From: a virus
Reading direction: 5' to 3' (one strand)
IMG/VR virus record: IMGVR_UViG_3300030333_008459
Span: 1-64,000 of that record
DNA length: 64,000 bases
Positions 35,959 to 45,348 of the stretch are shown here, in pieces. How positions within the stretch are numbered: the first letter of the stretch is position 1; every line of letters starts with the position of its first letter. The notes under the pieces were generated by a model. The model made no database searches, was not told the DNA's origin, and saw only the letters and a list, made by a program, of their open reading frames with translations. The position numbers and the translations under genes were made by a program.

Positions 35959-36538
35959 AAGTTGTTAAGTCCCTATAGTCTGGTTCTTCAATTTGGTCTG
36001 CCGCATGTTTGGGGTAAACATTTAAAAGCATCATTCCCCTCGCCGCCCATTCAGGCGTTATATAAGAATTGTATCCTAAAAAATCAGGCTGATCTAGACT
36101 GTAAGGTGTTTTTTCGTCTCGACCAGACCACCTTAGCTTTTTCAAAGCTTTGTATATTTTAAAATCATCTGTTAAAATAGCTCCACCTTTGCCTATTTTA
36201 AGAGGCTTTTTGATGCCAAAAGATAAACACATCATGGTCCCTTCTATATACATGTTTGATGTCAGTCTTTTAGCGGCATCATAAATAGGATAAGGTTTTA
36301 ATTGATAAATGCCATGCCATTTTACATCCTCAAACTTAACCTCGCCACCCGCTTGGATAATAGATTGAGGCACAGAAATATAAGTTCTTTTGGGGATTGT
36401 AACTTCTTTTACTTTTAAATAATCACAACACAGTTTTAAAGCGTTAGTGCAGTTATCACACACCACCGCAAACGGAGCGCCTGTGTATTCCGCTAGATTT
36501 TCTTCGAACATACCTACTATTTTTTGTGGGTCGTTCAT
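35936..36538 (-). CDS. DegT/DnrJ/EryC1/StrS-family sugar aminotransferase (short form)
   Basis: FE..LAEY.G...AV...NCT.AL, TYISVP, DAA and SFGIKK(PLP Lys)..GKGGAILTDD; ATGA-coupled start. Confidence 0.85.
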   Translation of the reverse strand: MNDPQKIVGMFEENLAEYTGAPFAVVCDNCTNALKLCCDYLKVKEVTIPKRTYISVPQSIIQAGGEVKFEDVKWHGIYQLKPYPIYDAAKRLTSNMYIEGTMMCLSFGIKKPLKIGKGGAILTDDFKIYKALKKLRWSGRDEKTPYSLDQPDFLGYNSYITPEWAARGMMLLNVYPKHAADQIEEPDYRDLTTFEIFKNQ

Positions 36539-36909
36539 CTCTCTAAAATATAATATTTCTTTTTGAAGCCACAAGACTCAAAAAGAGCGATACTTTTCGA
36601 ATTTTTAATTTTTACTTTAGCAAAAGCCTCGGGGTGTTTTTCTATAAATTTACTCAACATAAACTTGCCGACACCTTTTTTTTGATGGCTTTTAATAATT
36701 GCTATCCGTATATCTTTATCAACGCTTCCTATGAATCCTATCGGGACTTTCTCTTCTAAACAAATTAGGTAATTTGAATTGTTTTTACGCATGAATTTTT
36801 CATGCTCATAAAAGCCTATGTTTTTTTGAGATACAAAACCCTCCTTAAGTTCATTCCTTAAGGAAAGAACAAAATCCCAGTATTTTTCTTCGCAGGGGAC
36901 TAACTCCAT
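36535..36909 (-). CDS. GNAT acetyltransferase (PseH-like sugar N-acetyltransferase)
   Basis: LRN..., HQKKGVGK and N.KSIALFE.CGF; adjacent to the aminotransferase. Confidence 0.75.
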   Translation of the reverse strand: MELVPCEEKYWDFVLSLRNELKEGFVSQKNIGFYEHEKFMRKNNSNYLICLEEKVPIGFIGSVDKDIRIAIIKSHQKKGVGKFMLSKFIEKHPEAFAKVKIKNSKSIALFESCGFKKKYYILER

Positions 36910-37718
36910 AGGTCTATGTCTTGTGGGGCTGGGTTTTCTGGATTAGACCAGTATGTTTTAAGATAAGTTCTCATCGCTTTCCATCCCTCTAGTTGTAAAT
37001 ATGGTCCTAAAGCTGACCCAATATCCATGTATTGGTTTTTATCAAAGTCTTTATACAGCTCATAACATAAAAAATTACTTAAAGACGCAGCGGCGAATAA
37101 AAACAAATGATTTTCTATGTTGTTTTCTTTTATCCAATGTTTGCAAGCGTCAATTAAATAATAGTCGTCTTTCATGCAATTAGGACCAACAGGAAAGTGT
37201 TTTTTTACTTTAAAGGGTAGCTTGTCAAATTTTGAATTTTTGTTGCTAACAAGAACTACGTTTTTCCCCGCTAATAAAGGAACCACCTCTGAAACAAAAT
37301 GCTTATAGTTGTCATTAATTAACACATTGCTAAATGTAAGGTGTTCATCGTCTCCCTCTTCATACAGATCCTTGCAAAACTGCCAAGAAGAAGAACCATC
37401 TTGACCATTATGGGGTGGTATACCCTTAAAATAATTTTCTTTTCTAAATTTAAAAGCTTCTACAAGCTTGGTGTGCAGGTAAGGGGTTTCTTCGGGAATA
37501 AATTTTTTCTGCTCCTCGTCTTTCTTAAAAGCATATGAAGGTAGCTGGAGAGTTTGCCCTTCATATATGTCTCCTTGGACTAGAATGCCGTCTCCTAAGA
37601 TAAGGGTTTTATTTCTAAGAACAGTTAGCTCACCATCCGAAAATCGAGCAAAACTAAATGGTTTGTCAGACTCTATTAACGTGACTATCTTGTCAAATTC
37701 TCCTTTAAATGTTTTCAT
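36900..37718 (-). CDS. Putative GT-D fold (DUF1792-like) glycosyltransferase
   Basis: FSFARFSDGE and DIGSALG motifs; ATGA-coupled start. Confidence 0.55.
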   Translation of the reverse strand: MKTFKGEFDKIVTLIESDKPFSFARFSDGELTVLRNKTLILGDGILVQGDIYEGQTLQLPSYAFKKDEEQKKFIPEETPYLHTKLVEAFKFRKENYFKGIPPHNGQDGSSSWQFCKDLYEEGDDEHLTFSNVLINDNYKHFVSEVVPLLAGKNVVLVSNKNSKFDKLPFKVKKHFPVGPNCMKDDYYLIDACKHWIKENNIENHLFLFAAASLSNFLCYELYKDFDKNQYMDIGSALGPYLQLEGWKAMRTYLKTYWSNPENPAPQDIDLWS

Positions 37719-38767
37719 TTGTAATTGTCTTTCGCCCACTCATAAATACGACTTAGAGACTCTTCTAAGTCAATATCAAGAACGTATCCTAATTCTTTTT
37801 GGATCTTCTTAACAGATGGACATCTCCTCTTAGGCTCATGCTTATATACAATTGGAGGCTCTATCAACTCTATCATATTTTTAGTGCCAGAAACCTTTTC
37901 CACTAGTTTGGCCAAGTCTACCATAGAAATTTCATTTTCAGGATTTCCTATATGATATAAAATATCCTTTCCTTGTGTTAAAACTTGAATGCAACCCGCT
38001 AGAAAATCTCCATACCAACAAAAAGTTCTAGTTTGAGTTCCTGGGGCATAAATTCTCATCTTTTCTCCTTTTAGACAGTTCGAAATAAAATTTGGAATTA
38101 CTCTCTTATCGTCTTGTCTGAAATAACCAACAACGTTGAATGGCCTAACTATTTTGCAATCTACGTTAAACTGATCTTTGAAAATATATGAGATTGTTTC
38201 AATATACATTTTTGTTACATCGTAACAAGATCTTTTGTCTAAGGTTTTTGCTGTGGGAGTATAACTCTCATCTGTAGGAATAAACTCTTTAGATGGAGTT
38301 CCTAAAACCTCTGAAGAAGAAAAATTTAATATTTTGGCATTATTGGACAAGGCTGTTTGAAGAAGGTTTTTAGTTCCCTCTGTAGAAACATCCATCGTTT
38401 CAAGGGGATATCTTTCATAATAGTAAGGGCTAGCACATCCACTACAATTAATAATAAAATCTATTTTTTCTTTATAAAGCTTTAGGCTTAAATAACTACT
38501 TGTTAAATCGTGATGTAAATTTATAAGCGTATCATCTTCCAGAAGATCTTTTCTTTCTCTTCCTAAAAAATTATCAAGCGATATAATTCGACACTTATTT
38601 TTAAACTTAAAATGATTTAAAAATAAAAGATATCTTACAAACAAAGCACCCAAAAATCCTGCTCCTCCACAAACCAAAATAGTTTTTCCTTCAAAGGAAT
38701 AACAGTTACTTTCTGTTTTTTTGTATATTTCTTCGAAATCTCTATAGTAGCAGTCTTTAAGTTGCAT
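37715..38767 (-). CDS. UDP-glucuronate decarboxylase-like SDR (UDP-xylose synthase)
   Basis: GGAGFLG, ASPYYY..P.ET, SSSEV.G, RSCYD..K, R.FN, RVI.NF, GTQTRTFC, IGNP.E and P.RRCP. Confidence 0.85.
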   Translation of the reverse strand: MQLKDCYYRDFEEIYKKTESNCYSFEGKTILVCGGAGFLGALFVRYLLFLNHFKFKNKCRIISLDNFLGRERKDLLEDDTLINLHHDLTSSYLSLKLYKEKIDFIINCSGCASPYYYERYPLETMDVSTEGTKNLLQTALSNNAKILNFSSSEVLGTPSKEFIPTDESYTPTAKTLDKRSCYDVTKMYIETISYIFKDQFNVDCKIVRPFNVVGYFRQDDKRVIPNFISNCLKGEKMRIYAPGTQTRTFCWYGDFLAGCIQVLTQGKDILYHIGNPENEISMVDLAKLVEKVSGTKNMIELIEPPIVYKHEPKRRCPSVKKIQKELGYVLDIDLEESLSRIYEWAKDNYK

Positions 38768-39746
38768 TGATTATTTCAGCTATTTTTTGAGAAGATTTAC
38801 CGTCACCAAAGGGACAGTCTGAATCTACTTGATAATTATCCTTTAAAGATTCAAAAATTCCAACAAGTTTGTCGGGTGTGCGACACATGACCAAGTGTCC
38901 TGAAGCTTTGCCTTCTGGTCTTTCTGTGCTTTTCCTACAGACAATAACTTTCTTATTCAAAAAACTTCCTTCTTCTTGCAACCCTCCGCTATCACTAATT
39001 ACAAGTTTACATTTGGCTAAAATATCTAATAGAGTATTATGAGGCAATGGGTCTAAAACGTTAACGTGAGATAATAAATGTTTGTAGCGAGAAACGTTTG
39101 GGTTGGGGTGTAGAGGCAAAATAAACTCTAAAGAAGCATTTTCTTTTGCTAGTTTATTAACCTGCTTAAACCACTCTGACATAAATTTGTGATTTTCTCT
39201 TCGATGGAGCGTTACTAATATTTTGTTATCGTATTCACATTTTTCTTTATAAGAAACAAGATTGTCTAAAACTGTATTGCCAACTATATGGCAGTCGCCT
39301 TTGACTAATTCGTGTGAAAGGTGATCTTTAGATAAAGAGGTAGGACAAAAGTTGACATCTGAAATCCTTGAAATCATCTGCCTGTATGCCTCTTCGGGAT
39401 ATGGGTGATCTAGGTTATAACTTCTTAATCCAGCCTCTAAGTAGTAAATTTTCTTATGGTTATGAAATGCAGCCAATGCACACGCAAAAGCTGAAGCTGT
39501 ATCCCCTTGAACTAAAATAGCGTCGAAGTCTCCACTTGGAAACTGGAGCAGACAGTCACTAACTATTTGATCCAATCTTTTGTCTGGGTGAGACGCATGT
39601 ATGTAGACCTTATGATCTGTTTTTATGGATTTTAGTAGATCAGTATGTTGGCCTGTAAACAAAAGCTCATAGTTATCCAATACTTCTAAAAGCGGTTTAA
39701 CCTTAAGCCACTCAGGTCTAGTGCCAAAACATATTAAAATCTTCAT
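38757..39746 (-). CDS. wecB: UDP-N-acetylglucosamine 2-epimerase (non-hydrolysing)
   Basis: FGTRPE, TGQH, VQGDT, EAGLR, PYPEE, HRREN, HPNP, DSGGLQEE and TERPEG. Confidence 0.95.
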   Translation of the reverse strand: MKILICFGTRPEWLKVKPLLEVLDNYELLFTGQHTDLLKSIKTDHKVYIHASHPDKRLDQIVSDCLLQFPSGDFDAILVQGDTASAFACALAAFHNHKKIYYLEAGLRSYNLDHPYPEEAYRQMISRISDVNFCPTSLSKDHLSHELVKGDCHIVGNTVLDNLVSYKEKCEYDNKILVTLHRRENHKFMSEWFKQVNKLAKENASLEFILPLHPNPNVSRYKHLLSHVNVLDPLPHNTLLDILAKCKLVISDSGGLQEEGSFLNKKVIVCRKSTERPEGKASGHLVMCRTPDKLVGIFESLKDNYQVDSDCPFGDGKSSQKIAEIINAT

Positions 39747-40480
39747 TCAACCTTTAACAGTTTAAATCCCTTGTCATAATAATGCTTTAAAGACAGCCCA
39801 AAGTCAATACCATTTGAATTTACTGAGATGGAATTTTCATCAACCCCGTAAGTCATGGCTGATTTAGGCTGACTACCCCATAGTTCTAAGTCATCTTCGG
39901 GGTGCGGTGGGACATAAGTGTTAAGATTTAAATATTTTTGAATAGCATAAGAAAAATGCACATCTTCTCCACAAATATTATTTAAAGGTGGACCCGTTTC
40001 TCTCCAAAAAGCACCTAAAAGATCTCGGTGAAAAAACCAAGAGTGACCTACTATATCTACTTGTTTTTTCTCTTGGTTAGGGTTGGGCCAACCAAAGCGT
40101 TCAAACGACTTATATCCCACATCATTAAAGACCACTCCTACTGTTCCATATAAGCCGTTTTCTTCTTTAATAGAGTTGATACAATTTTCTGCCCACTTAC
40201 TGCCTGGGATTGTGTCATCGTCTAATAAACATATATATTCTGATTTTGCGTTTAAGGCAAAGGCAAATCTAGCCCAAACTCCATAATTGTGATTATTGTG
40301 AGAAATTTTTATCTGACCAGAATCATCTTGTAAGTAAAAATAATTTTCGCGCTTTTCGGGTTGATTTTGCCAAATCATAATTTCATTTGGCTTAATTGTT
40401 TGTTTTGTAATAGCCTCTGTTTGCTCTTTGAGAGTATGAGGTCTTTGCCAAGTGTTTAAAACAAAAGTCACAGTGTCCAT
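39743..40480 (-). CDS. GT-A glycosyltransferase (GT2/GT64-like)
   Basis: WQRP..L, RF..AL, LLDDD and GED motifs. Confidence 0.75.
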   Translation of the reverse strand: MDTVTFVLNTWQRPHTLKEQTEAITKQTIKPNEIMIWQNQPEKRENYFYLQDDSGQIKISHNNHNYGVWARFAFALNAKSEYICLLDDDTIPGSKWAENCINSIKEENGLYGTVGVVFNDVGYKSFERFGWPNPNQEKKQVDIVGHSWFFHRDLLGAFWRETGPPLNNICGEDVHFSYAIQKYLNLNTYVPPHPEDDLELWGSQPKSAMTYGVDENSISVNSNGIDFGLSLKHYYDKGFKLLKVE

Positions 40481-40481
40481 A

Positions 40482-41327
40482 TTATTGAAATAGTTTAAAT
40501 GTTAAATCTGAAGGGTTAAAATCTCCCCAAGTGTCTTCGTATAAGTTTTTGCAAAGGTCTAGGTCTTTGAATTCTGACCAATCATTAATTATTAACAATG
40601 GTATGCCTAGTTCTTTAAACTTTTCTACCCCATGCCATCTTTGCACAATGGGAACGCTCTTCATATAAATAGATTCCCATGTTTTGTGACAATCCACCCC
40701 GTTTCCGATTGGAGAAACTGTAAAGTAAGATTGAGCGATGTCAGAAAGATAATTTTCCTGAGTAGAATTTACAAAATCGTCGTGTTCTTTTATAGATGAA
40801 GCATTTGGATAATTTTTTTCTAATTTTAAACAGTGCTCGGAACCCAGCTGCTCTATGCAATACTTGCGAGCCGCAAAATTAGTCGAAACATTAAAGTTTG
40901 CATAAACTGTATTGTTTTTTTCTAAATTATTAGAAGAGATATTTAAGAATCTTTCTTGATTTCCATGAGACCATTTAGGATTAGCTATACCTATGGGTAT
41001 AGGTTTTACTTTTGGATGATCAAACAAGAGATTTTGAGTATACCAGTGAGAAATATTCGGAAATAAATCTAATACATATTCTATTTTCTCCTTATCAAAA
41101 TTTATATCAGAGTTGTGAGTTACTAAAACAAATTGTTCTGGTAATTTTATCGCTCCAATTTTAACATAAGTAGAAAAAAGAGAAAGCTTTTCAGGCTTGC
41201 AGAAAAAATAATCGTTTTCTAGATCGTGATCAATAATGTAACTAAACTCATCTTGCCTAGCGTCTTTATAGTTACTCAGTTGATTTCTGCACTGATGCTT
41301 AAAATATGTTCCGCATAAAAATTTCAT
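40482..41327 (-). CDS. Exostosin/GT47-like glycosyltransferase
   Basis: THNSD, WYTQN, PIPIG and SP.GNGVDCHKTWES.Y...PIV. Confidence 0.65.
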   Translation of the reverse strand: MKFLCGTYFKHQCRNQLSNYKDARQDEFSYIIDHDLENDYFFCKPEKLSLFSTYVKIGAIKLPEQFVLVTHNSDINFDKEKIEYVLDLFPNISHWYTQNLLFDHPKVKPIPIGIANPKWSHGNQERFLNISSNNLEKNNTVYANFNVSTNFAARKYCIEQLGSEHCLKLEKNYPNASSIKEHDDFVNSTQENYLSDIAQSYFTVSPIGNGVDCHKTWESIYMKSVPIVQRWHGVEKFKELGIPLLIINDWSEFKDLDLCKNLYEDTWGDFNPSDLTFKLFQ

Positions 41328-42175
41328 AATAATGTTTTCTCCCAAAATATAGAGGCCGCGTTTTTACAGCCGTTTTTGAATTCATCATAACCAACATTTT
41401 GGAACTCAAGATAAGACCCAAGTTTATTGGTGTCTCCTATTATATCTTCTACCCCACAAAGCAAAGCTTCAGCTATCATACGACAAAAAGGTTCATTTAC
41501 TATCGGATGATGAAACAGAGAATTACATTTTTGAAAAACTTCTGCTATTTCAGAGTGTTTCTTTTGTCCGTTAAATTTAATATTAGGATAAGGATTGAAG
41601 AGAGCTTCTATGTTCATTTCCCCCCACCCAAAGACATCAACATTTCTGTTTAGATTGCTTTTCGCGAAATCAATTAAATGATTTAGACCTTTTAGGGGAT
41701 GTAAATAACCACAATAAACAACGTCATAGTCTTTCTCACAATCGACTTTTTTAAAAATATTAGTGTTTATTGGGTCGTAATTAATCTCTGTGTTACAAAA
41801 ATAATCACCATACATTTTCTTGAAGAATTCACGATGGAAATTACTTAAAAAGAATATTTTTTTTGTAGATTCAAATAGGTCTTTTCTGCGGTTTGGCTCA
41901 AGATATAAACAAGAATCGTGTTCTAGTCGTATGTGTTTGGGGTGTTTTATAATAAAATCTAGCTTTTCAGGGTTCTTGTTGTTTATAATTTCTAAGTTAG
42001 AACTAATTAAAAGATCATAATAGGATAAAAAATCAACCACAGAAGAAGTGTGATTATGTTCCACTACTTCATAGCCTAGTTCTCTGCCTCTCTCAATTAT
42101 AAGAGAGTTACTTAGCTGCGCTCCTCCCGAATTTTGTTCTAAGCTGAAGTCAGATACAAATAGAACCCTCATCAT
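41324..42175 (-). CDS. GT4-family glycosyltransferase
   Basis: GGAQ, YCG.LHP.KG and EPFCR..AEALLCG. Confidence 0.8.
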   Translation of the reverse strand: MMRVLFVSDFSLEQNSGGAQLSNSLIIERGRELGYEVVEHNHTSSVVDFLSYYDLLISSNLEIINNKNPEKLDFIIKHPKHIRLEHDSCLYLEPNRRKDLFESTKKIFFLSNFHREFFKKMYGDYFCNTEINYDPINTNIFKKVDCEKDYDVVYCGYLHPLKGLNHLIDFAKSNLNRNVDVFGWGEMNIEALFNPYPNIKFNGQKKHSEIAEVFQKCNSLFHHPIVNEPFCRMIAEALLCGVEDIIGDTNKLGSYLEFQNVGYDEFKNGCKNAASIFWEKTLL

Positions 42176-42201
42176 ACAGTGTGTATGATTATAGGAGTCT
42201 T

Positions 42202-42618
42202 TTACTGTTCTTCTACCTCAAGAGGGAAAAATGTTTTCTCCGCTTCGTCATCAGTAATATGAGACAATAAAAGGTCAGATCGAGAAATTAGAAAATCTTT
42301 ATTAGAAAACCTCCAGAAAGGCTCAGAATCCTCCTGAATATAGCTTTTATCAGTTCCTTTGATAATATCCATGTCGTGGAACTTGTAAGAATCGTTAACT
42401 TTTTCCCCTGAAACAAGCTTTAAAAACATATTGACCCTAGCCATAGCCCACTGAGCTGTAGTCTTGCAGGGTTCCCAGTTAACTTGAGCCGCTTTTTCAC
42501 CTCTTTTGTATACTCTTATCAGTTTTTCGACCGTAACAGTATTTTTGTTGGTTTTATTAAATTTAATAACCTTTGCTGCTAGGCAGGTATAAATTTTTTC
42601 TGAAAAAATGCGATTCAT
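42202..42618 (-). CDS. DUF5824-like protein, paralogue of a module of the 11428..12687 protein
   Basis: VT...L.RVYKRG...QWAMARVNMFLK shared with the polyprotein. Confidence 0.7.
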   Translation of the reverse strand: MNRIFSEKIYTCLAAKVIKFNKTNKNTVTVEKLIRVYKRGEKAAQVNWEPCKTTAQWAMARVNMFLKLVSGEKVNDSYKFHDMDIIKGTDKSYIQEDSEPFWRFSNKDFLISRSDLLLSHITDDEAEKTFFPLEVEEQ

Positions 42619-42628
42619 CCTTTATTTC

Positions 42629-42634
42629 TTACAC
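42629..42634 (-). promoter_or_regulatory. GTGTAA motif
   Basis: 10 nt upstream of the ATG at 42618. Confidence 0.55.
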
Positions 42635-44281
42635 TTAACCTTCACAAGAAGAACAATTTAAAATAGAACGCGCTAACTCTTGGCTTGGATTCGCGCTTCT
42701 TTGATAATAGAAACTTTTAACGCCTTGTTCCCATCCAAAAATAAGAAGCTCGCTTACTTGTTTTGGGGGGCATTTCGGAGAAATCATCAAATTGAGGCTT
42801 TGTCCTTGATCTATAAACTTTTGGCGCTGAGAAGCTTGGATAACGATTTCTTTTTGAGATGTTTCTCCGAATGTTTTAAATACAGATTTTTCTTCGTCAG
42901 ATAAAAAATCTAAGTGTTGGACTGAGCCGCCCTTACTAAGAATAGACTTCCAAGTGGTTTGAGTATTTTTCTTCTTTTCTTCTAAAAGTCTTTCTAGATA
43001 AGGATTTTTGTAAGTGAATTTACCTTTAGCTAGATCCTTGGTGAAGTAATTGCTATTCAAGGGTTCGATTGATGGCGAAACCTGACCTAGTATAAAAGAA
43101 CTGGAAGTTGTAGGTGCAATCGCCATTGTTGTCATATTGCGCCTACCATAACCTTCTAGATGCGATGGCTCACCCAATAAGACGGATAATTGTTTTGTCG
43201 CGCTATCTGCTTTTTCTCTTATTGTTTTGTGAATTTCTGTGTTTATAAACTTAGCCTCCATACCTTCGAATGGAATCAATTTAGATTGCAAGAAAGAGTG
43301 CCATCCAAGAACTCCGACACCTAAAGCTCTCTGCCTCTTAGCAAAGTTGTGAGAAGCTTTCATATAGGGTATATCTTCTGTTTTTTGGATATACTCTTCC
43401 ATTACGGCATCCAGAAAATAAACAAGGGTCTCAATCGCATCAGTTTTAACTATCTCGTCCCATTCTAGAAGATTCAGAGAAGACAAACAACAGACAAAAG
43501 ATTCTTCTTCCGAAGAATGTAAGAATATTTCGCTACAAAGATTGGAGGCGTGGATTTGTAAGTTTTTATCTTTGTAAGGTTTGGGAGCTTGTTGGTTGGC
43601 GGTATCCGTAAAAAATATGTAAGGATAACCAGTTTCAAATCTTTTTCTTATGATCGAAGCCCATACAGATCTCTTTTTCTTGTCGCCCTCTATCATGGAG
43701 CGCATCCATTCGTCTGCAATGCAAACAGCAAAAGACATTTCTTGGATTGGATTACCCTCGCTGCGTATCCTTAAAAATTCATTAATGTCAGGATGATCTA
43801 CAGGTAGATAAGCTGCAAAAGATCCTCTTCTGACATTGCTTTGAGAAACAACAGAGGAAACTTTGTCAAATAATTCCATAAAATGGACTGGGCCACTTGA
43901 AGTCCCTCCCGCTGAAATTTCAACCCCTCTTCCTCTTAGCTCTCCAAAATATCCAGAAGTGCCAGAGCCATGTTTTGTCTGCATCCCTACTTCAGCTTGC
44001 TTGTCCAGAATGGCATCCATTCGGTCTTCTATGAAGACTCCATTGCAAGAAATAGGAAGACCTCTATCTCTGCCGAAGTTAGCCCACACAGGGCTAGCTA
44101 GAGAATAAAAACCTCTTCTTAGATAATCTTCAAACTTATCAGAAAAACCTTTTATTTTTAGAAGCTTTTCTGCGGTGACAGCGATGTCATGACCTCGCTG
44201 TTCTGCTGATTCTCCCTCTCTCAAATATCCCCGCTTTAAAAAATCTCGGGAATCTTTATTAAGCCACTTATATCTTTTCAT
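42635..44281 (-). CDS. nrdA: Ribonucleotide reductase class I alpha subunit (no ATP-cone)
   Basis: PISC, RRGS, GYPY, SNLCSEI, VCCLSS, AIAPT, DQGQS, YY and C-terminal CSSC. Confidence 0.95.
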   Translation of the reverse strand: MKRYKWLNKDSRDFLKRGYLREGESAEQRGHDIAVTAEKLLKIKGFSDKFEDYLRRGFYSLASPVWANFGRDRGLPISCNGVFIEDRMDAILDKQAEVGMQTKHGSGTSGYFGELRGRGVEISAGGTSSGPVHFMELFDKVSSVVSQSNVRRGSFAAYLPVDHPDINEFLRIRSEGNPIQEMSFAVCIADEWMRSMIEGDKKKRSVWASIIRKRFETGYPYIFFTDTANQQAPKPYKDKNLQIHASNLCSEIFLHSSEEESFVCCLSSLNLLEWDEIVKTDAIETLVYFLDAVMEEYIQKTEDIPYMKASHNFAKRQRALGVGVLGWHSFLQSKLIPFEGMEAKFINTEIHKTIREKADSATKQLSVLLGEPSHLEGYGRRNMTTMAIAPTTSSSFILGQVSPSIEPLNSNYFTKDLAKGKFTYKNPYLERLLEEKKKNTQTTWKSILSKGGSVQHLDFLSDEEKSVFKTFGETSQKEIVIQASQRQKFIDQGQSLNLMISPKCPPKQVSELLIFGWEQGVKSFYYQRSANPSQELARSILNCSSCEG

Positions 44282-45252
44282 TCAAAAAGGTCTTCAGCAT
44301 CGAATGTTTGAGAATTTTTAGAATACTCTACAGGACGAGAGTGGAAAAAATCTGTGGCATTGTTGCCAATTAATTCCTCTTCGAACCACATTGTATCCTC
44401 CAACACCGAAGTGTCAACATCAAACGCTGTAGAAAAGCCGATTTTTTCTAGAGAGTCGTTTATTCTATTTTTAATAAACTCTTTCAATATGTCGGCATTA
44501 AGTCCTTTTTCGTTAAATCCATTCACCATCCAATCTACAATATTGCTTTCTGCTAAAAAAGCAGCCTTAGCCTCTGTAAAAATCCTCTCTTCTAGTTCCT
44601 CGTCAAAAAGTTCGGGATGTTCACTGCGGATAGTGTTAATGATTTTGATTCCAGCAAGAGCGTGAATGTTTTCTTCGTTTCTGGTATATTTTACCTGCTG
44701 ACCAGTATCCTTGAGAACGTTTCGATAACGATTAAACCAATTGATTATGTAAAACTGACTAAATAAAGAAACGTTTTCCACAAAAAGAGTAAAAAGAATT
44801 AAGGCATAAACATAATGCTTCTTAGAATCTTTATAAAACCGATGAGTATATTTTCTTAGGTAATTTACTCGCCCCTCTATGAAATCTAATTCCATGTTTT
44901 GTTCGAATATATGCTCTAATCCTAAGACCTTCAGCAGTCTCTCATAGGCATTATTATGAATTACCTCAACGTTAGCCATTACATACCCTAAATCTGTTAA
45001 ACTTGGGTGAGGTAAATTGTCTCCCAGCTTGCTCCAGAACTTTTTGACGGCGACTTCAATCTGACCAATCGCGGACAAGGTTCTGATAATTATTTCTTTT
45101 TCTTGGTCATCCAAATTGACATTAAAGTCCTGAATATCGCTACTAAAGCTGAACTCCTTGTCGGTCCAAAAACCGTTATGCATTGCCTCTATAAACTCCT
45201 GCGCCCAAGGGTAGTGATCAGGCTTCCTCGATACTTGTTCTTCAAAAATCAT
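44278..45252 (-). CDS. nrdB: Ribonucleotide reductase class I beta subunit (class Id-like ligands)
   Basis: FW, IEVAVK, EVIH..AY, VENVSLFSQF, EENIH and DFF. Confidence 0.95.
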   Translation of the reverse strand: MIFEEQVSRKPDHYPWAQEFIEAMHNGFWTDKEFSFSSDIQDFNVNLDDQEKEIIIRTLSAIGQIEVAVKKFWSKLGDNLPHPSLTDLGYVMANVEVIHNNAYERLLKVLGLEHIFEQNMELDFIEGRVNYLRKYTHRFYKDSKKHYVYALILFTLFVENVSLFSQFYIINWFNRYRNVLKDTGQQVKYTRNEENIHALAGIKIINTIRSEHPELFDEELEERIFTEAKAAFLAESNIVDWMVNGFNEKGLNADILKEFIKNRINDSLEKIGFSTAFDVDTSVLEDTMWFEEELIGNNATDFFHSRPVEYSKNSQTFDAEDLFE

Positions 45253-45264
45253 GGTTAAAGGAAT

Positions 45265-45270
45265 TTACAC
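45265..45270 (-). promoter_or_regulatory. GTGTAA motif
   Basis: 12 nt upstream of the nrdB ATG. Confidence 0.5.
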
Positions 45271-45320
45271 TTATACTACTCGTAGCTCCTCGTCAACAGG
45301 AAAATTTCCTGAATTTTTTG

Positions 45321-45348
45321 TTGACAAAATATTTCATAACCTTATAAT
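45321..45348 (+). promoter_or_regulatory. Consensus sigma70 promoter
   Basis: TTGACA-16 bp-TATAAT at the strand-switch intergenic region. Confidence 0.8.

Noticed and set aside
26118-42175. Interpretation of the window as a bacterial chromosome LPS locus
   Set aside because: It is continuous with phage-type replication and tail genes, shares their compact overlapping layout, and lacks flippase/polymerase and housekeeping genes.
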